From: Prasinococcaceae sp. CCMP 1430
Lineage: Eukaryota; Plantae; Prasinodermophyta
DNA: 52,062 nucleotides
Assembly (NCBI GenBank): GCA_013416795.1
Contig: RQSC01000013.1
Location: 37,050 to 89,111 of the forward strand
Direction of reading: 5' to 3'
Shown in pieces: positions 1-11,796 of the stretch. How positions within the stretch are numbered: the first letter of the stretch is position 1; every line of letters starts with the position of its first letter. Under the pieces are notes generated by a model. That model had not been told where the DNA came from. It did not search any database and was given only the letters and a program-made list of their open reading frames with translations. The position numbers were made by a program, and so were the translations under genes.

Positions 1-569
1 CCCCTTCGCCCCTCCTCACCCCGCGCGCAGCAGGCAGTGCGCCGTCGCCTCCCTCCCCCGCAAGTGGATAGAGATCCCGCCGACGGATTCCATGGATACC
101 TCACTCAAACGGATTCCATTTCGTACCTCACACTTCTCTCCCCATTTCCCCACCCCCATCGCATTCGCGCTCCGCCCCGCTCCCGCGCGCGCCCGCGCGA
201 TCCCGCGCGCGGCGCCACCGCGCGGCGGCGAGATCTGATCTGCGCATCCGCGACGGCGGGACGGATCTCGCCGCAACGCAAAACGCTCCGCTTTCCATAG
301 GCTCTATCAAAGCTCACGTGATGAAAAAGGGATTTCACTCGGAATTGTGTGGGAGAAATTGCGGGCGAAAATGCGGCGCCGCGAATGCGAATTGATATGA
401 GATCCACCCACCGAAAAAACCGCGTGCTTTCATTTTTGTGTGCTCATCAAGCACAGTGCAACGGCGGGGTTGCGGGGTGCGAGCGGGAGGCGGGTCCGCG
501 CGGCGGCGCAGGCCCCGGCCTGCCAGCTGGGGGAAGGACTCGCACCTGTCTGGTTGTACCAAGGTAGCG

Positions 570-620
570 CTGGCGCCTCGGGCTGGCTGGCACCTCGGGC
601 TGGCTGGCGCCTCGGGCGGG
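570..620. repeat. 17-bp minisatellite, 3 copies (CTGGCGCCTCGGGCTGG consensus)
   Basis: Units at 570-586, 587-603 and 604-620 differ from the consensus by at most 1 nt, read directly from the sequence. Confidence 0.85.
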
Positions 621-1857
621 CTGGCTGGGCCTCAGTCAGGCTCTGCCCGGCTGGCGGTGCCGCGCGCCGCGCGCCCGCAGGCGGCAGGCAGGCAGGCAGG
701 CAGGCGGGCGGGCGGGCAGGAGCGAGCCGCAAGAGGTGGTGGAGGTGCGCGCATCCTGATTGATGTCTATCACATTTTCTACACCCTAATCCAAAAATGA
801 ATTCACATTTACGTACAATATGGCCACTCCCGAAAAGTAACCCTAAATACGGGAGGCTCGCGCCCGGTGTAGCGGCGCGAAACCCGCGCGCGTCGCACGC
901 CCACGCCCAGCATTCTGATATAACATCTTGAACCCTAAAACACAAACGAATTCAAACTGATCACAATCCCCCAGAAGTAACCCCAAATGGACGAGGCTCG
1001 CGCGCCCGCGCGGCGCGCGACGCGCGCGCGCGCGCGCCGCGAAACGAAATCGGAACGCGCCCCCGAAAACCGCCGCCGCCGTGGACGAAGCGCACGGACG
1101 TTTCGCGGAACGCGCGAAAAAACGGAACGCCCACCGCCGACACCAATCGTTGCGAACCGAAAACTAAAAAGTTCTCTCTTTTTTTACAGTAAAAAGCATT
1201 TTACCACTAACGCACACACCGACACCAACAAAAAATTGAAACCAAAACCAAACTTAACCCAAAAAACACAGAGCAAAAATCAACCAAAAAAAAAGCCCAC
1301 CGCATGAAACCCTTTCCACATTCATTCGCATTCGGAATGCGCATACCCCAATGCGTGCACGGCGTTCCCAAACGCAGCGCCCGGCCCTTAACCGCGTTTC
1401 GCCTTCGCCTCCGTTTCGCGCGCGGGCCGCCGCCCAGCCGCCAGCCGGCAGCAGCAGCCGATGCCGAGGGAGCGAGAGGGGGGGAGGTGAGGGGAGGGGA
1501 TGGGGGGACCTCGGGGTAGAGGAGGGAGAGTGGCGTGGTCGGGTGGCCACACCCCGCGCGGTCGATCGGAGCGGAGCGGAGCGGATCCGGATCGGAGGCG
1601 CGCGTCCGCGGCGGCGACGATGGCGGCGACGACCGCCCGGGCGGCGGGCAGCGGGCTGCGCGCGCGGCGTCGCGCGGCGACGCGTCGCGCGTGTGGCGGC
1701 CAGGCGCGCCACTAACCGTCGCATGCGGAAAAAACGGATAAAGCCCCTGACGCTGAATTGGAATTGTACGGCTTCCGTGAGTCTCTTGCATGCGGGTCGG
1801 TCGCACAAAAACCAAAAAAAAAAGGGGGGGGCGAGCGCTCGCGCGTGCAAAAAAATG

Positions 1858-1929
1858 CTGCTCGACCGGGAATTGAACCCGGGTCTCCGCCGTGACAGGG
1901 CGGGATACTGACCACTATACTATCGAACA
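1858..1929 (-). tRNA. tRNA-Asp (anticodon GTC), intronless, 72 nt
   Basis: Minus strand reads TGTTCGA TA GTATAGTGGTCAGTATC CCGCC CTGTCAC GGCGG AGAC CCGGG TTCAATT CCCGG TCGAGCA G. All stems pair, the discriminator is G, and a T7 Pol III terminator follows at 1849-1855. Confidence 0.97.
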
Positions 1930-2296
1930 CGCCGAAAATGGCCTGTCTGGCGGTGAAGCCAGGCAAAACGTGCGGACGAGCGAAAATGTGGGGTTACTGA
2001 AGGTACCACAAATGGGCTGTGTGCGCGCGGAAACAGCCAGCGGCCGAATTACTGGCGCGCACTTTGCGACGGCCAGCGCCGATCAGGGGCAGAGCAGCCG
2101 CACGCGACGGCGGCGGCAACACCCGCGCCGCGCCGCGCGCGCCCTGCTGCCCCCCCCCCCCCCACACACACACACCTTCGCCCCCCTCCCGCGCCTCTCG
2201 GCCCCCGGGCTGGCGAGGGCGAAGAGGGAGGGAGCGGGCGGGCGGACGCTCCATCGCGGCGCGCTCGCGATCCGCTGCGGCGCGCCGCGGGCGCGC

Positions 2297-2371
2297 ATGC
2301 CGAAGAAGCCGTGCAGCCTGGGCTCGGCGTGCCCCTACCAGCACGAGCACCAGCACACGGCCGAGTTCAGC
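2297..2371 (+). CDS. Short PBZ-like C2H2 zinc-finger coding segment (MPKKPCSLGSACPYQHEHQHTAEFS); no continuation found
   Basis: ATG followed by 25 codons with coding-like bias and a C-x5-C-P-Y-x-H-E-x-Q-H-x2-E-F-S pattern; downstream sequence looks non-coding. Confidence 0.4.
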
Positions 2372-2715
2372 CCGCCAGCCCGCGCCCGCACGCTCGCCGG
2401 GGCGTTCGCATCAGTCAGCGCTTATCCTCTCGGAGGCGCGCTGGCGCGTTTGCGCTCGAACGCCGCAAGGGCGCCGCGAGGCGTGGGGTTTGGGTTTCGA
2501 GTCAAATGGACGCCCTTCGCGCGGGAAAAAATCAATGACATTAGGGGTTGAGGAGCTCTCGTGCCCATTCGTCCCCCGAATTGCCCAAAGGAGGGTCTGG
2601 ATGCGCCAATTCGGCGCCGTCCGACTGCGCTCGCGCTGACAGGAGGGGCTTGCGGCCTCTTCGGCCTCACCTTCGCCCCAAACACACACCCTCTGCCCGT
2701 GCGCGCCGCGCGTAG

Positions 2716-3114
2716 ATCGACGTGCCCGACGACATCCTCGTCGACCGCGTGGTGGGTCGCCGCAGCGACCCGGAGACGGGCAAGATATACCACATGACGT
2801 TCTTCCCGCCGCCCGAGGACATCGTCGACAGGCTGGTGCAGCGCTCGGACGACACGGAGGAGAAGTGCAAGGTGCGGGAGGCGGCGCGGCGTCTGCGCGC
2901 GTGGGGGATGCGTGTGGCGCGCGCGCGTGCGCTAGTGGCTGACGCACCGCGCGCGGCTGCGGCCGGACGAGCGCAGGCTCGCCTCGAGGTCTTCCACAGC
3001 AACAACCAGGCCGTGCTGGAGGCCTACGACGGGCTCATCACGCACATCGACGGCGACCGGGCCAAGGACGTCGTCTTTGCCGACATCGACAAGGCGCTTG
3101 CCGCTGCGGCGTGA
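2716..3114 (+). CDS. ADK: Adenylate kinase, plastid-type, C-terminal part only (exons 2716-2871 and 2977-3114)
   Basis: IDVPDDILVDRVVGRRSDPETGKIYHMTFFPPP...RLVQRSDDTEEK is the LID region; GT-AG intron at 2872-2976. No P-loop exon found upstream. Confidence 0.85.
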   Translation: MDVPDDILVDRVVGRRSDPETGKIYHMTFFPPPEDIVDRLVQRSDDTEEKCKVREAARRLRAWGMRVARARALVADAPRAAAAGRAQARLEVFHSNNQAVLEAYDGLITHIDGDRAKDVVFADIDKALAAAA

Positions 3115-3449
3115 GCGCTCCTGCTGCCGTCGCGTAATGGCTTGCGAATCCGTGCCGATGCACCCGAGCTTCCTTGCGCGCGGCAAGCCGCGTCGCGAAG
3201 CTAGGACGCGCGTGTGTACAAGCTACAAACAATTTACCGGGACGGGCTGCAACCCCGGCAGCGGCACCCGAGTCAGCGGTGGGCGAGCGACGCGCTCGGT
3301 GCGAAGGGCCGCCACCTCTGTGCTCCCCGCGCGTCTCTGCGCGCAGGATAGGATATACGACAGGCGCCCCGCGGAGAGCGGCGCGGGCACTGCGAACTAG
3401 CCGGGGGGAACGACGGCACAGGCGAGGACCAGCGACTCGGAGCGCCCCC

Positions 3450-4180
3450 TCATTCCATAGTGGCGAATTCGTCCGAGTTGTCGAGGTCCTCCTCCTCGGA
3501 CTCTTGGGAATGGGAGCCAGAGACGAAGCCCCTGTCGTCCTCGCCAGCGGCGTGCGAGTCCCTGCTCACCCTCTCCACAATTTTGTGGCGCTCGAGGATG
3601 AACTTGCCCTCCTGCGGTGGCAGCGAGGTGCGCGCCGCAGCGTGGGAGGATGGCAGAGGGAGTCAGTCGGCACGCTCAGCGTCTGACTCCGCGCGTATGC
3701 CTGGCGCGCGCATGCGCATGCGCGTGCCCCGCCCCGCCCCGCGCACCTTGTACTTCTGGCTCTTCTCGTAAGCCTGCTCGTACTTCCAGCCGATGATTTG
3801 GTTGCAGGCGGTGCAGTAGATGTCCGAGACCGTGTGGAGCCCCGTGGTCATGAGGCGGTCCTCGCTCGGCAGGGCGCCGATGTTGACGACGGTGCCGAAG
3901 AGGTACGCCTTGCCGTGGTAGCAGTGGAAGCTCTGTGCGCGCGCGGAAATGAAAATGGAGGGGAATCGTTGTGGTTGTGGGGGTGGGCGGGGGGCGGGGC
4001 GGGGCGGCGGCGGGGGCGCGTCCGTGGTCAGCGCTGGCCGCGCGGCTGGCAGGTGTTTGCGGGCTCGGTGTGTGGGCTCACCTTGGAGATGAGGTCGTCG
4101 AACGCCGCCAGGTGCGACTTGCACTGCTTGCAGCTGTACAGCCTCGGCACGTCGAGGCGCTTCACGGAGAGCCTCCCCAT
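3450..4180 (-). CDS. YPEL: Yippee-like zinc-binding protein (exons 4180-4082, 3932-3747, 3611-3450)
   Basis: [11 protein letters not shown]...[14 protein letters not shown]...[46 protein letters not shown]; two in-phase GT-AG introns. Confidence 0.95.
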
Positions 4181-5160
4181 GGCGTCCGCGCGTGCCTCGC
4201 GAGCGGGCGCAGCGCGCGCCCGCGGGCGCGGCCTCCCGACGCCGCGGTCGGGCCCTTCGCCCGCGCAGTCTCCCTCTCGCCCCTCTCCCTCACTTGGAAG
4301 CGCCGCGCGAGGCGCCTCGCCACCGTGGCGCGCGCGCGCCGGCGCGCACGAACGAACGCGCGCACAAACACGCGCGCGCCCAGAACCCGAACTCCGCGCC
4401 GCGCTCCCGATATCACACCGCCATCCCAAATCGCTCTTCCTCAAACCCTTATATCCCTAAACCCCATGTGTGTCGCTCGCGCGGCCGGACAAGCCGCGCG
4501 GATGGGATGTGGGCGCGGGCCGCTCCCGTTCCCGGGATGAATGCGCGCGCGGGCGCGCGCGGCGCGTGGGCCGCGGGCCGAGAGCATCGCGCGCGCGTGG
4601 CGCGCGAGGCCGGGAGGGACCCGCAGCGGAAGCCTCCTTGGAGGTGTGCAGGCCAGGCAGCGGCAGGGGGAAAGAAAGAAGGCCGAAAGCGCATCGAGAG
4701 CAGTCTCTCTAGTACCGGGGGGAGCGGGCCATGACCATCGCGATGTTACTCGCGGTGGTGCGTGTGCGGCTGGTTGCTGTGCCCTGCGCGTGTGCGCGCG
4801 CCCCACACACGGCCTCCCCCCGGGCGGATGCCGATGCCGCCGCTGCGGCGGCCGAGCGCGGCGTCGAGCGCGCGCCCCTCTCCCCGCGACGCGCAGAGTG
4901 GGGGCGACGGCGGAGGTGTGTGTGTGTGTGTGTGAGGGGGTGAGGAAGCGAGGGCTGAAGGGGGTGGAAAGGCGGGCGCGGGCGCCCGGAGCGACACTCT
5001 CTGAGCGCGCTGGGGTGGGTTGCGTTGGCGGGCGGGCGGGGAGCGCGCCGGCAGCGCCACGGGGCGTGTCCGACGAGGCCGGGTGGCCGGGGAGGGGCAA
5101 CTGAGGAGAGGCGGGGGCGCTGAAGGCGCGCGCCTTCGCGGGGCTCGCGGCGCTTCGGCG

Positions 5161-6207
5161 ATGGCGGCGCCCGCCGGCGGCCGGCCAGAGGGCGGGCTGC
5201 TCGCGCTCGGCATCGAGGGCAGCGCGAACAAGGTGGGCGTGGGCGTGTGCCGGCTGGACGGGTCCATCCTATCCAATCCGCGCAAGACGTACGTGCCGCC
5301 CAAGGGATGCGGGTTCATGCCGCGCGAGACCGCCGAGCATCACCAACGGCACGTGCTGCCACTGGTGCAGCAGGCGCTCGACGAGGCCGGCGTCGCGCCT
5401 GCCGACATCGACGTGATCTGTTTCACAAAGGGGCCGGGCATGGGCGCGCCGCTCACCGCGTGCGCGGTGGCTGCGCGCGTGCTGGCGCAGCTCTGGGACA
5501 AGCCCATGGTGGGCGTCAACCACTGCGTCGCGCACATCGAGATGGGCCGCTGCGTGTGCGGCGCCGCAGACCCGGTCGTGCTCTACGTGTCGGGCGGCAA
5601 CACGCAGGTCATCGCGTACGCGGGTGGCCGCTATCAGATCTTCGGGGAGACCATCGACATCGCCGTGGGCAACTGCCTCGACCGCTTCGCGCGCGCGCTC
5701 GACATTCCCAACGACCCGGCGCCCGGCTACAACATCGAGCAGCTGGCCAAGAATGGCAGCAAGTTCGTCGAGCTGCCGTACACCGTCAAGGGCATGGACG
5801 TGTCCTTCTCGGGCATCCTGAGCTACGCCGAGAAGGAGGCCAAGAAGATGCTCAAGACGGGCGAGGCCACGCGCGAGGACCTGTGCTTCTCGTTCCAGGA
5901 GACGCTCTTCGCCATGCTGGTGGAGATTACTGAGCGCGCGATGGCGCACTGCGGCGTGTCGGACGTCCTCATCGTCGGCGGGGTGGGCTGCAACCTGCGC
6001 CTGCAGGCCATGATGGAGGTGATGGCAAAGGAGCGCGGCGGCAAGCTCTACGCAATGGATGACAGGTACTGCATCGACAACGGCGCTATGATTGCCTACA
6101 CGGGCCTCCTCGCCTTCTCGAAGGGGGATACCCTGCCGCTGGAGGAGACCACCGTCACGCAGAGGTTTCGCACGGACGAGGTCGTCGCCACCTGGCGCGA
6201 CCCGTGA
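5161..6207 (+). CDS. KAE1: tRNA N6-threonylcarbamoyladenosine synthase, KEOPS subunit Kae1/OSGEP (intronless)
   Basis: [62 protein letters not shown] and TQRFRTDEV motifs. Confidence 0.97.
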   Translation: MAAPAGGRPEGGLLALGIEGSANKVGVGVCRLDGSILSNPRKTYVPPKGCGFMPRETAEHHQRHVLPLVQQALDEAGVAPADIDVICFTKGPGMGAPLTACAVAARVLAQLWDKPMVGVNHCVAHIEMGRCVCGAADPVVLYVSGGNTQVIAYAGGRYQIFGETIDIAVGNCLDRFARALDIPNDPAPGYNIEQLAKNGSKFVELPYTVKGMDVSFSGILSYAEKEAKKMLKTGEATREDLCFSFQETLFAMLVEITERAMAHCGVSDVLIVGGVGCNLRLQAMMEVMAKERGGKLYAMDDRYCIDNGAMIAYTGLLAFSKGDTLPLEETTVTQRFRTDEVVATWRDP

Positions 6208-6411
6208 GGGGGCGGCCGCTGCGCGCGCGATTAATAATTCACACACAGACGCACGGACGGGGACGCATCCACTCACTCGCGCGCCGGCACGGGAACGCGA
6301 AGCTCGCGCAGCTGCCCATCGACTGGCACGCCCACAGGGTTACGGCCCGAGGAGCGGGCAGAGTGCGCCGGCGCGACGCCCCCCCCCTCCCCCCCCCCCC
6401 TGCCTCTCTCT

Positions 6412-7731
6412 CTAGCGCGTGGTCTTGTAGGTCTTGACCTTCTTGAGTAGCCCGGCCGCGTTCTTGTCGTTCTTGAAGTGGTCGCGCACTGGCTGGAGGA
6501 TCGTGTTGATCGCCCTCGCCAGGCTGGGCTTGAGGTCGCCGGGATGCAGCGCGCCCGCCACGTAGTCCTTCTCCACGCTCTCGTAATCATTATAGGTGAT
6601 GTCGCCGCCGTTGCTCTCCTTGCGCGCGACGGTGAAGCTGCCGTACCACGGGATCACGACGTACTTGATGTACTCCATGCAGGGGTTCTTCTCGACGACG
6701 CCCGGCGGGCAGAACGCCTTCTTGATCTTGGTGTTGACGTCGTGCTCCGCGTCCTCCATGAAGATGGCGCTGTTGGGGTCGGACTTGGACATCTTCTCCT
6801 GGCCCTCGAGCAGCCCCATGAGCATGTGGTGCGAGAGGATGACGGGCTTGTTCTTGCGCTTGATGGAGTCGCAGTACTCGCGCGCGAGCACGTTCACCTT
6901 GCGCTGATCCATGCCCAGCTGGCAGATGTCCGCCTTGAGGAAGAAGATGTCCGCGCACTGCATGCACGGGTAGAAAATTTGCGCGGCGCTCAGGTCGTCC
7001 GCCTCGGAGCGTCCCATGATCTGCGAGCAGCGCGTCACGCGCTTGAGCGTGTTTTGGCGCGCGATGTCCATCACCAGCGGCCAGTACTCATCTGCACGGC
7101 CGTTGATCTCGTCCGACGACCACAAGAACTGCACGCGCGACATGTCCATGCCCACAGCCTTCCACACCTCGATCATGTACTCGCCCACTGACGGAGCGCG
7201 CGGCGAGGGGGTGGGGATGGCGGTCGCGGGAGGCGGCGCGTCAGCGTGTCAGCGCGTCGGCGTGTCGGCGCCTGCGAGCCGATGCGGAAAGCAGGCGGCG
7301 AGCGCGCCCGCACCGACTCTGATCTTCTTGAGGTCGCCGCCCATCTTGTTGTTCAGCAGCGCGAACCAATCCGCGACCCAGAACTTGAAGATGCAGCCCG
7401 ACTTGGTGAGCTTGTTGACGTTGAGCGCCTTCATGACGCCCTGCGCGATGTGCATGCGGCCACTCGGCTCGAAGCCGTCGTAGCACACGGGGTTGGGCTT
7501 CTTGTCGAGAAGGTTGCGCAGCTCGGACTCGGCGATGCACTCCTCGCCGACGGAGCGCGCGAGCTCGTACTTCTCGTCGAGCGTGAGCTCCGACACGGAC
7601 ATCTTTGCGAGCTGGGCCATCGTGCCCTCCACGTCGGCCGCGGGCGCGGGCGCGGCCTTGCCGCCCTTGCCGCCCTTGTGCGCGCGCGCTGCAGGCAGCG
7701 CGCGCGCTGCGGCGGCCGCGAGCGCCTCCAT
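6412..7731 (-). CDS. YARS: Cytosolic tyrosyl-tRNA synthetase (exons 7731-7314 and 7187-6412)
   Basis: CYDGFEPSGRMHIAQG (HIGH-like), QLGMDQRKVN and EKMSKS (KMSKS). The intron at 7188-7313 joins KKIRV/VGEYM. Confidence 0.95.
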
Positions 7732-9801
7732 CGCTGCGGGCGGGGAGGGCTCCAACGGCGGGTCCGCCGCGCCGCGCCGTGTGCGTCGTGTGCCACGCCG
7801 CGCCCTCCTTGCTGGNNNNNNNNNNNNNNNNNNNNNNNNNNNNNNNNNNNNNNNNNNNNNNNNNNNNNNNNNNNNNNNNNNNNNNNNNNNNNNNNNNNNN
7901 NNNNNNNNNNNNNNNNNNNNNNNNNNNNNNNNNNNNNNNNNNNNNNNNNNNNNNNNNNNNNNNNNNNNNNNNNNNNNNNNNNNNNNNNNNNNNNNNNNNN
8001 NNNNNNNNNNNNNNNNNNNNNNNNNNNNNNNNNNNNNNNCGTCGCCGCGACCGCCGAGGCGCCGCTCAGCCGCAAGGAGAGGGTGCGTGGTGGCGCGCCG
8101 CGCGGCCGCCGCGCGAAGAGGGGAGCAGGGCGGGTGGGTGGGGGGAGGGACGAGGCGCCCAGGGGGCGAACCTTTAGCGCGCGGGGAGCAGCAAGGGATG
8201 GTCCTCGCTATGGGGGCGCAGCACTTGCCGCAGCGCCGTATGGGAGGGGGTTAGGGCGCGCCCGCCGCGCCCCCTCGCCCGGCGGAGGCGGCCAAGGGCC
8301 CCGCTTACCGACCGCATGCATTTTCGGCTGTCGCGGGCCCCAAAACCCTTTTGGGAGGGGCCGGCTGCCGGCACGGTGGCGCGCGTCGGAGCTTGGGCCT
8401 CGGGCGCCCCCTTGGCTCTCGTGCCGCGCCACGGGAGCACGGCTTCCCTCGCGAGGCGCGAGGCTCCAGACGTGCGCCGCTGGCCGGGGGACGCCCTGCT
8501 TGCGTGCGGACCGCGCCCCGTTCCGGCCCTCGCTGTTTGGTCGCGCCGCGCTCTTCTTGGGAGCGCGGCGCACCGACGCGCCGATGCGGGCCCGGCGGCG
8601 GCGCTCGCTGGCGCGCGCTGCGCGGGGGCGCCGCACTGGGCAGTGCGCCGCGCTTAGAACGGCCCGCTCGATCGCGCGCTGACCTCATCCCCTCCCAACA
8701 TCGCTGCTTGCGCTGCCCGCGCCGATCCCGCCGCGCAGAACCGCTCCAAGCGCTTCAACCAGCTGAAGACGGTCGTGGTGCCCGGCAAGACGTACGACGC
8801 CAAGGAGGCCATCGAGGTGATGAAGCAGACGGCGAGCGCCAAGTTCGACGAGTCGGCCGAGGTGCACGTGCGGCTCAACATCGACCCCAAGTACAACGAC
8901 CAGCAGCTGCGTTGCACCGTGCCGCTCCCGGCGGGCACCGGCCAGACGGTGCGCGTGGCGGTGATCGCCGGCGCGGACGACGTGCAGGCGGCCAAGGACG
9001 CGGGCGCGGCGTACGCCGGCAGCGAGGACCTGGTGGAGGAGATCGCGGGGGGCATGCTCGACTTCGACAAGCTGATTGCCACGCCGGCGATGATGCCGAA
9101 GCTCGCCAAGCTGGGCCGCGTCCTCGGCCCCAAGGGCCTCATGCCCAACCCCAAGGCGGGCACGGTGACGCCCAACGTGGCGCAGGCGGTGGCTGAGTTC
9201 CAGGGCGGCAAGGTCGAGTACCGCGCGGACAAGGCGGGCATCGCGCACGTCATGTTCGGCAAGTGCTCGTTCTCGGCGGAGGACCTCCTGTCGAACCTCA
9301 AGGCGGTGCAGGAGTCCATCGACGCCAACAAGCCCACCGGCGTCAAGGGCATCTACTGGAAGTCGATGTACATCTGCAGCGCGATGGGCCCGTCCATGAA
9401 GATCGACTACCAGGCGCTGCAGAAGCTCGGCGGCGAGCAGTAGGCCCCACCCGGCGTGCGGGCGGCCAGCAGGCAGCGGGTAGGTCAGTCGTGTAAGCTA
9501 CAATTAAACGCACCCCCTCGGGGCGCGGCCCGGCCCGCGCTGGGCCATCGCCCGCTCCCCCCTTCCCGCCTTCCCTCCCCCCCCCCTCTCTGGGGAGGTC
9601 GTTGCCATGCCCACTCGCCTGGTGTGTCGCACGAGCTCGCCCTTCCCCCTGAATCCCCGCGGATCTGCGCCGCCGGCGCGCGCCGCCCTCGGCCGCGACC
9701 GCCGCCTGCGCCTCCATCGCTGCGGGCGGGGAGGGCTCCAACGGCGGGTCCGCCGCGCCGCGCCGTGTGCGTCGTGTGCCACGCCGCGCCCTCCTTGCTG
9801 G
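7722..9801 (+). repeat. 94-bp direct repeat, copies at 7722-7815 and 9708-9801, covering the TyrRS start region
   Basis: GCGCCTCCATCGCTGCGGGC...CCCTCCTTGCTGG appears identically at both positions; copy 1 ends at an N-gap. Confidence 0.9.
8040..9443 (+). CDS. PRPL1: Plastid 50S ribosomal protein L1 (5' end in gap; exons <8040-8082 and 8739-9443)
   Basis: [43 protein letters not shown] and [12 protein letters not shown] at 8083 and CAG at 8736-8738 keep the frame. Confidence 0.93.
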
Positions 9802-10708
9802 ATGAGACGTCCCAGCCCCGCCCCACTCGCCCGCACCGCTGCGCTCCCTCCCCCCACCCCACCTCACCCCGCCCCCCCCCACGCGTGCACGCCTCCTGCC
9901 CCGCCCCTCCCTGCTGCTGGCGCAGCGCGCGCTCCGTCCGGGGGATGGTTCCAGGCGGCGGCTGCGCGCCGAGCCACCGAATCGGGCCATGTCGATGCCG
10001 TCGGCAGCGACGGGCGAGGTTTTTTTTTTGCAGGAGTTCTGATCCAGAGGGCCGCCAGCAACGCGAGCGCCCCCGGCCCGCCGACCCGACCGAGTGCGTT
10101 GCGATGGCGAGCGATTGCGTTCCCAATTCTGACGGGGTCGTCCGCGATCTGAGAATCATAATTGATGTATGCTATGGAATTTGATTGCCGCGAGGTGTGG
10201 CGGCCGCCGCGCGCGCGCCGTGCGGGGGTGGGAGCGCGCGCCTCGGGGGTGCCACACGGGCGCGAGCGTGCGCCGCCNNNNNNNNNNNNNNNNNNNNNNN
10301 NNNNNNNNNNNNNNNNNNNNNNNNNNNNNNNNNNNNNNNNNNNNNNNNNNNNNNNNNNNNNNNNNNNNNNNNNNNNNNNNNNNNNNNNNNNNNNNNNNNN
10401 NNNNNNNNNNNNNNNNNNNNNNNNNNNNNNNNNNNNNNNNNNNNNNNNNNNNNNNNNNNNNNNNNNNNNNNNNNNNNNNNNNNNNNNNNNNNNNNNNNNN
10501 NNNNNNNNNNNNNNNNNNNNNNNNNNNNNNNNNNNNNNNNNNNNNNNNNNNNNNNNNNNNNNNNNNNNNNNNNNNNNNNNNNNNNNNNNNNNNNNNNNNN
10601 NNNNNNNNNNNNNNNNNNNNNNNNNNNNNNNNNNNNNNNNNNNNNNNNNNNNNNNNNNNNNNNNNNNNNNNNNNNNNNNNNNNNNNNNNNNNNNNNNNNN
10701 NNNNNNNN

Positions 10709-11796
10709 CGCGCGCGGCCGGCGCGCAGCCCGGGCAGGGCGTGCGTGGGCAGGTCCGCGCGGGCGGTGCCGCCGCGCGGGGCGGCTTGGTGGGAGGGTAC
10801 AAGTCCAACGCAGAGTTGGCGGCGTGGGCGAGGGCGTTCGGCAGTGAGGGGTCCGCCTGCCCGGGACTCGGCTCGGCATGGATGTTCGGCACATCGGGCA
10901 AGGTGGGCGACCGTACGCACGTCCCCCACCACGACACGCACTCTCACAAATCTTAGCCGCGCCCCCTCTCTGCCCCGCTGCTATCCTTGCGCCCGCCAAG
11001 CGACGCCGCCGTCTGTCCGAGCACTGCCTCACGCGCTGACTCAAAGCGCGCCCGGTCACCACGCGCCCGGCCCCAGGGTGAGCCGCTGATTGCGCTCGAC
11101 ATCACGGACCCAAGGACTAACGAGACCGCCAAGCCTGTGCTGAAGATCGTCGCCAACACCCACGGCAACGAGCCCGCGGGGCGAGAGATTGGCGTCGACC
11201 TGGCCGAGTGGCTGTGCAAGGGGTATGCGGAGCGATTGCCGGAGGCAGTGGAGCTGCTGAGAGACGCGCGCGTGCTGCTTGTGCCCGCGCTCAACCCCGA
11301 CGGCTTTGCCGCCAGACAGAGGGGCAACGCGGCGGGCGCCGACCTCAACCGCGACTTCCCCGACCAGTTCGCGCCGGCGGTTCAGAAAATGCAGCCGGAG
11401 ACGCTCGCTGCGATGCGCCTGTCGCGCAATAGCCCTTGCGTGGCCGCGATCGCCTTCCACGAGGGTGCGGTCGTCGCCAACTACGCGTGGGATGGCCTGC
11501 CGTCGAGGAGCCGGCGCTCGGAGTATTCGCGCTGCCCGGACGACGACACTCAGCGTGCGCTCGCGAGCGCGTACGCGAATGGCCATCCGTCAATGGCTTC
11601 GAGTGCCGAGTTTCCGGGCGGCATCACAAACGGCGCCAAGTGGTATCCGCTGTACGGTGGCAACCAGGACTGGGAGTACATCAACACTGGCTGCATGTTC
11701 ATCACCATCGAGGCGAACGAGGCCAAGTGGCCGCCCGCCGACCGCCTCCCCAAACCCTCGCGCGGCCGCCGCCCGCTCCCAGCGGATTCCAATTGA
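10709..11796 (+). CDS. Zinc carboxypeptidase, M14B (CPD/SOL1-like); 5' end in gap and apparently 3'-truncated (exons <10709-10902 and 11077-11796)
   Basis: VANTHGNE zinc motif, LNPDG, DLNRDFPD, FHEGAVVANY, GITNGAKWYPLYGGNQDW and the ITIE catalytic Glu. The ORF degenerates after KWPPADRLP. Confidence 0.8.

Noticed and set aside
1858-1929. U3-G70 wobble pair in the tRNA-Asp acceptor stem as an alanine-mischarging signal
   Set aside because: The AlaRS determinant is G3-U70, the opposite orientation; the tRNA otherwise looks ordinary.
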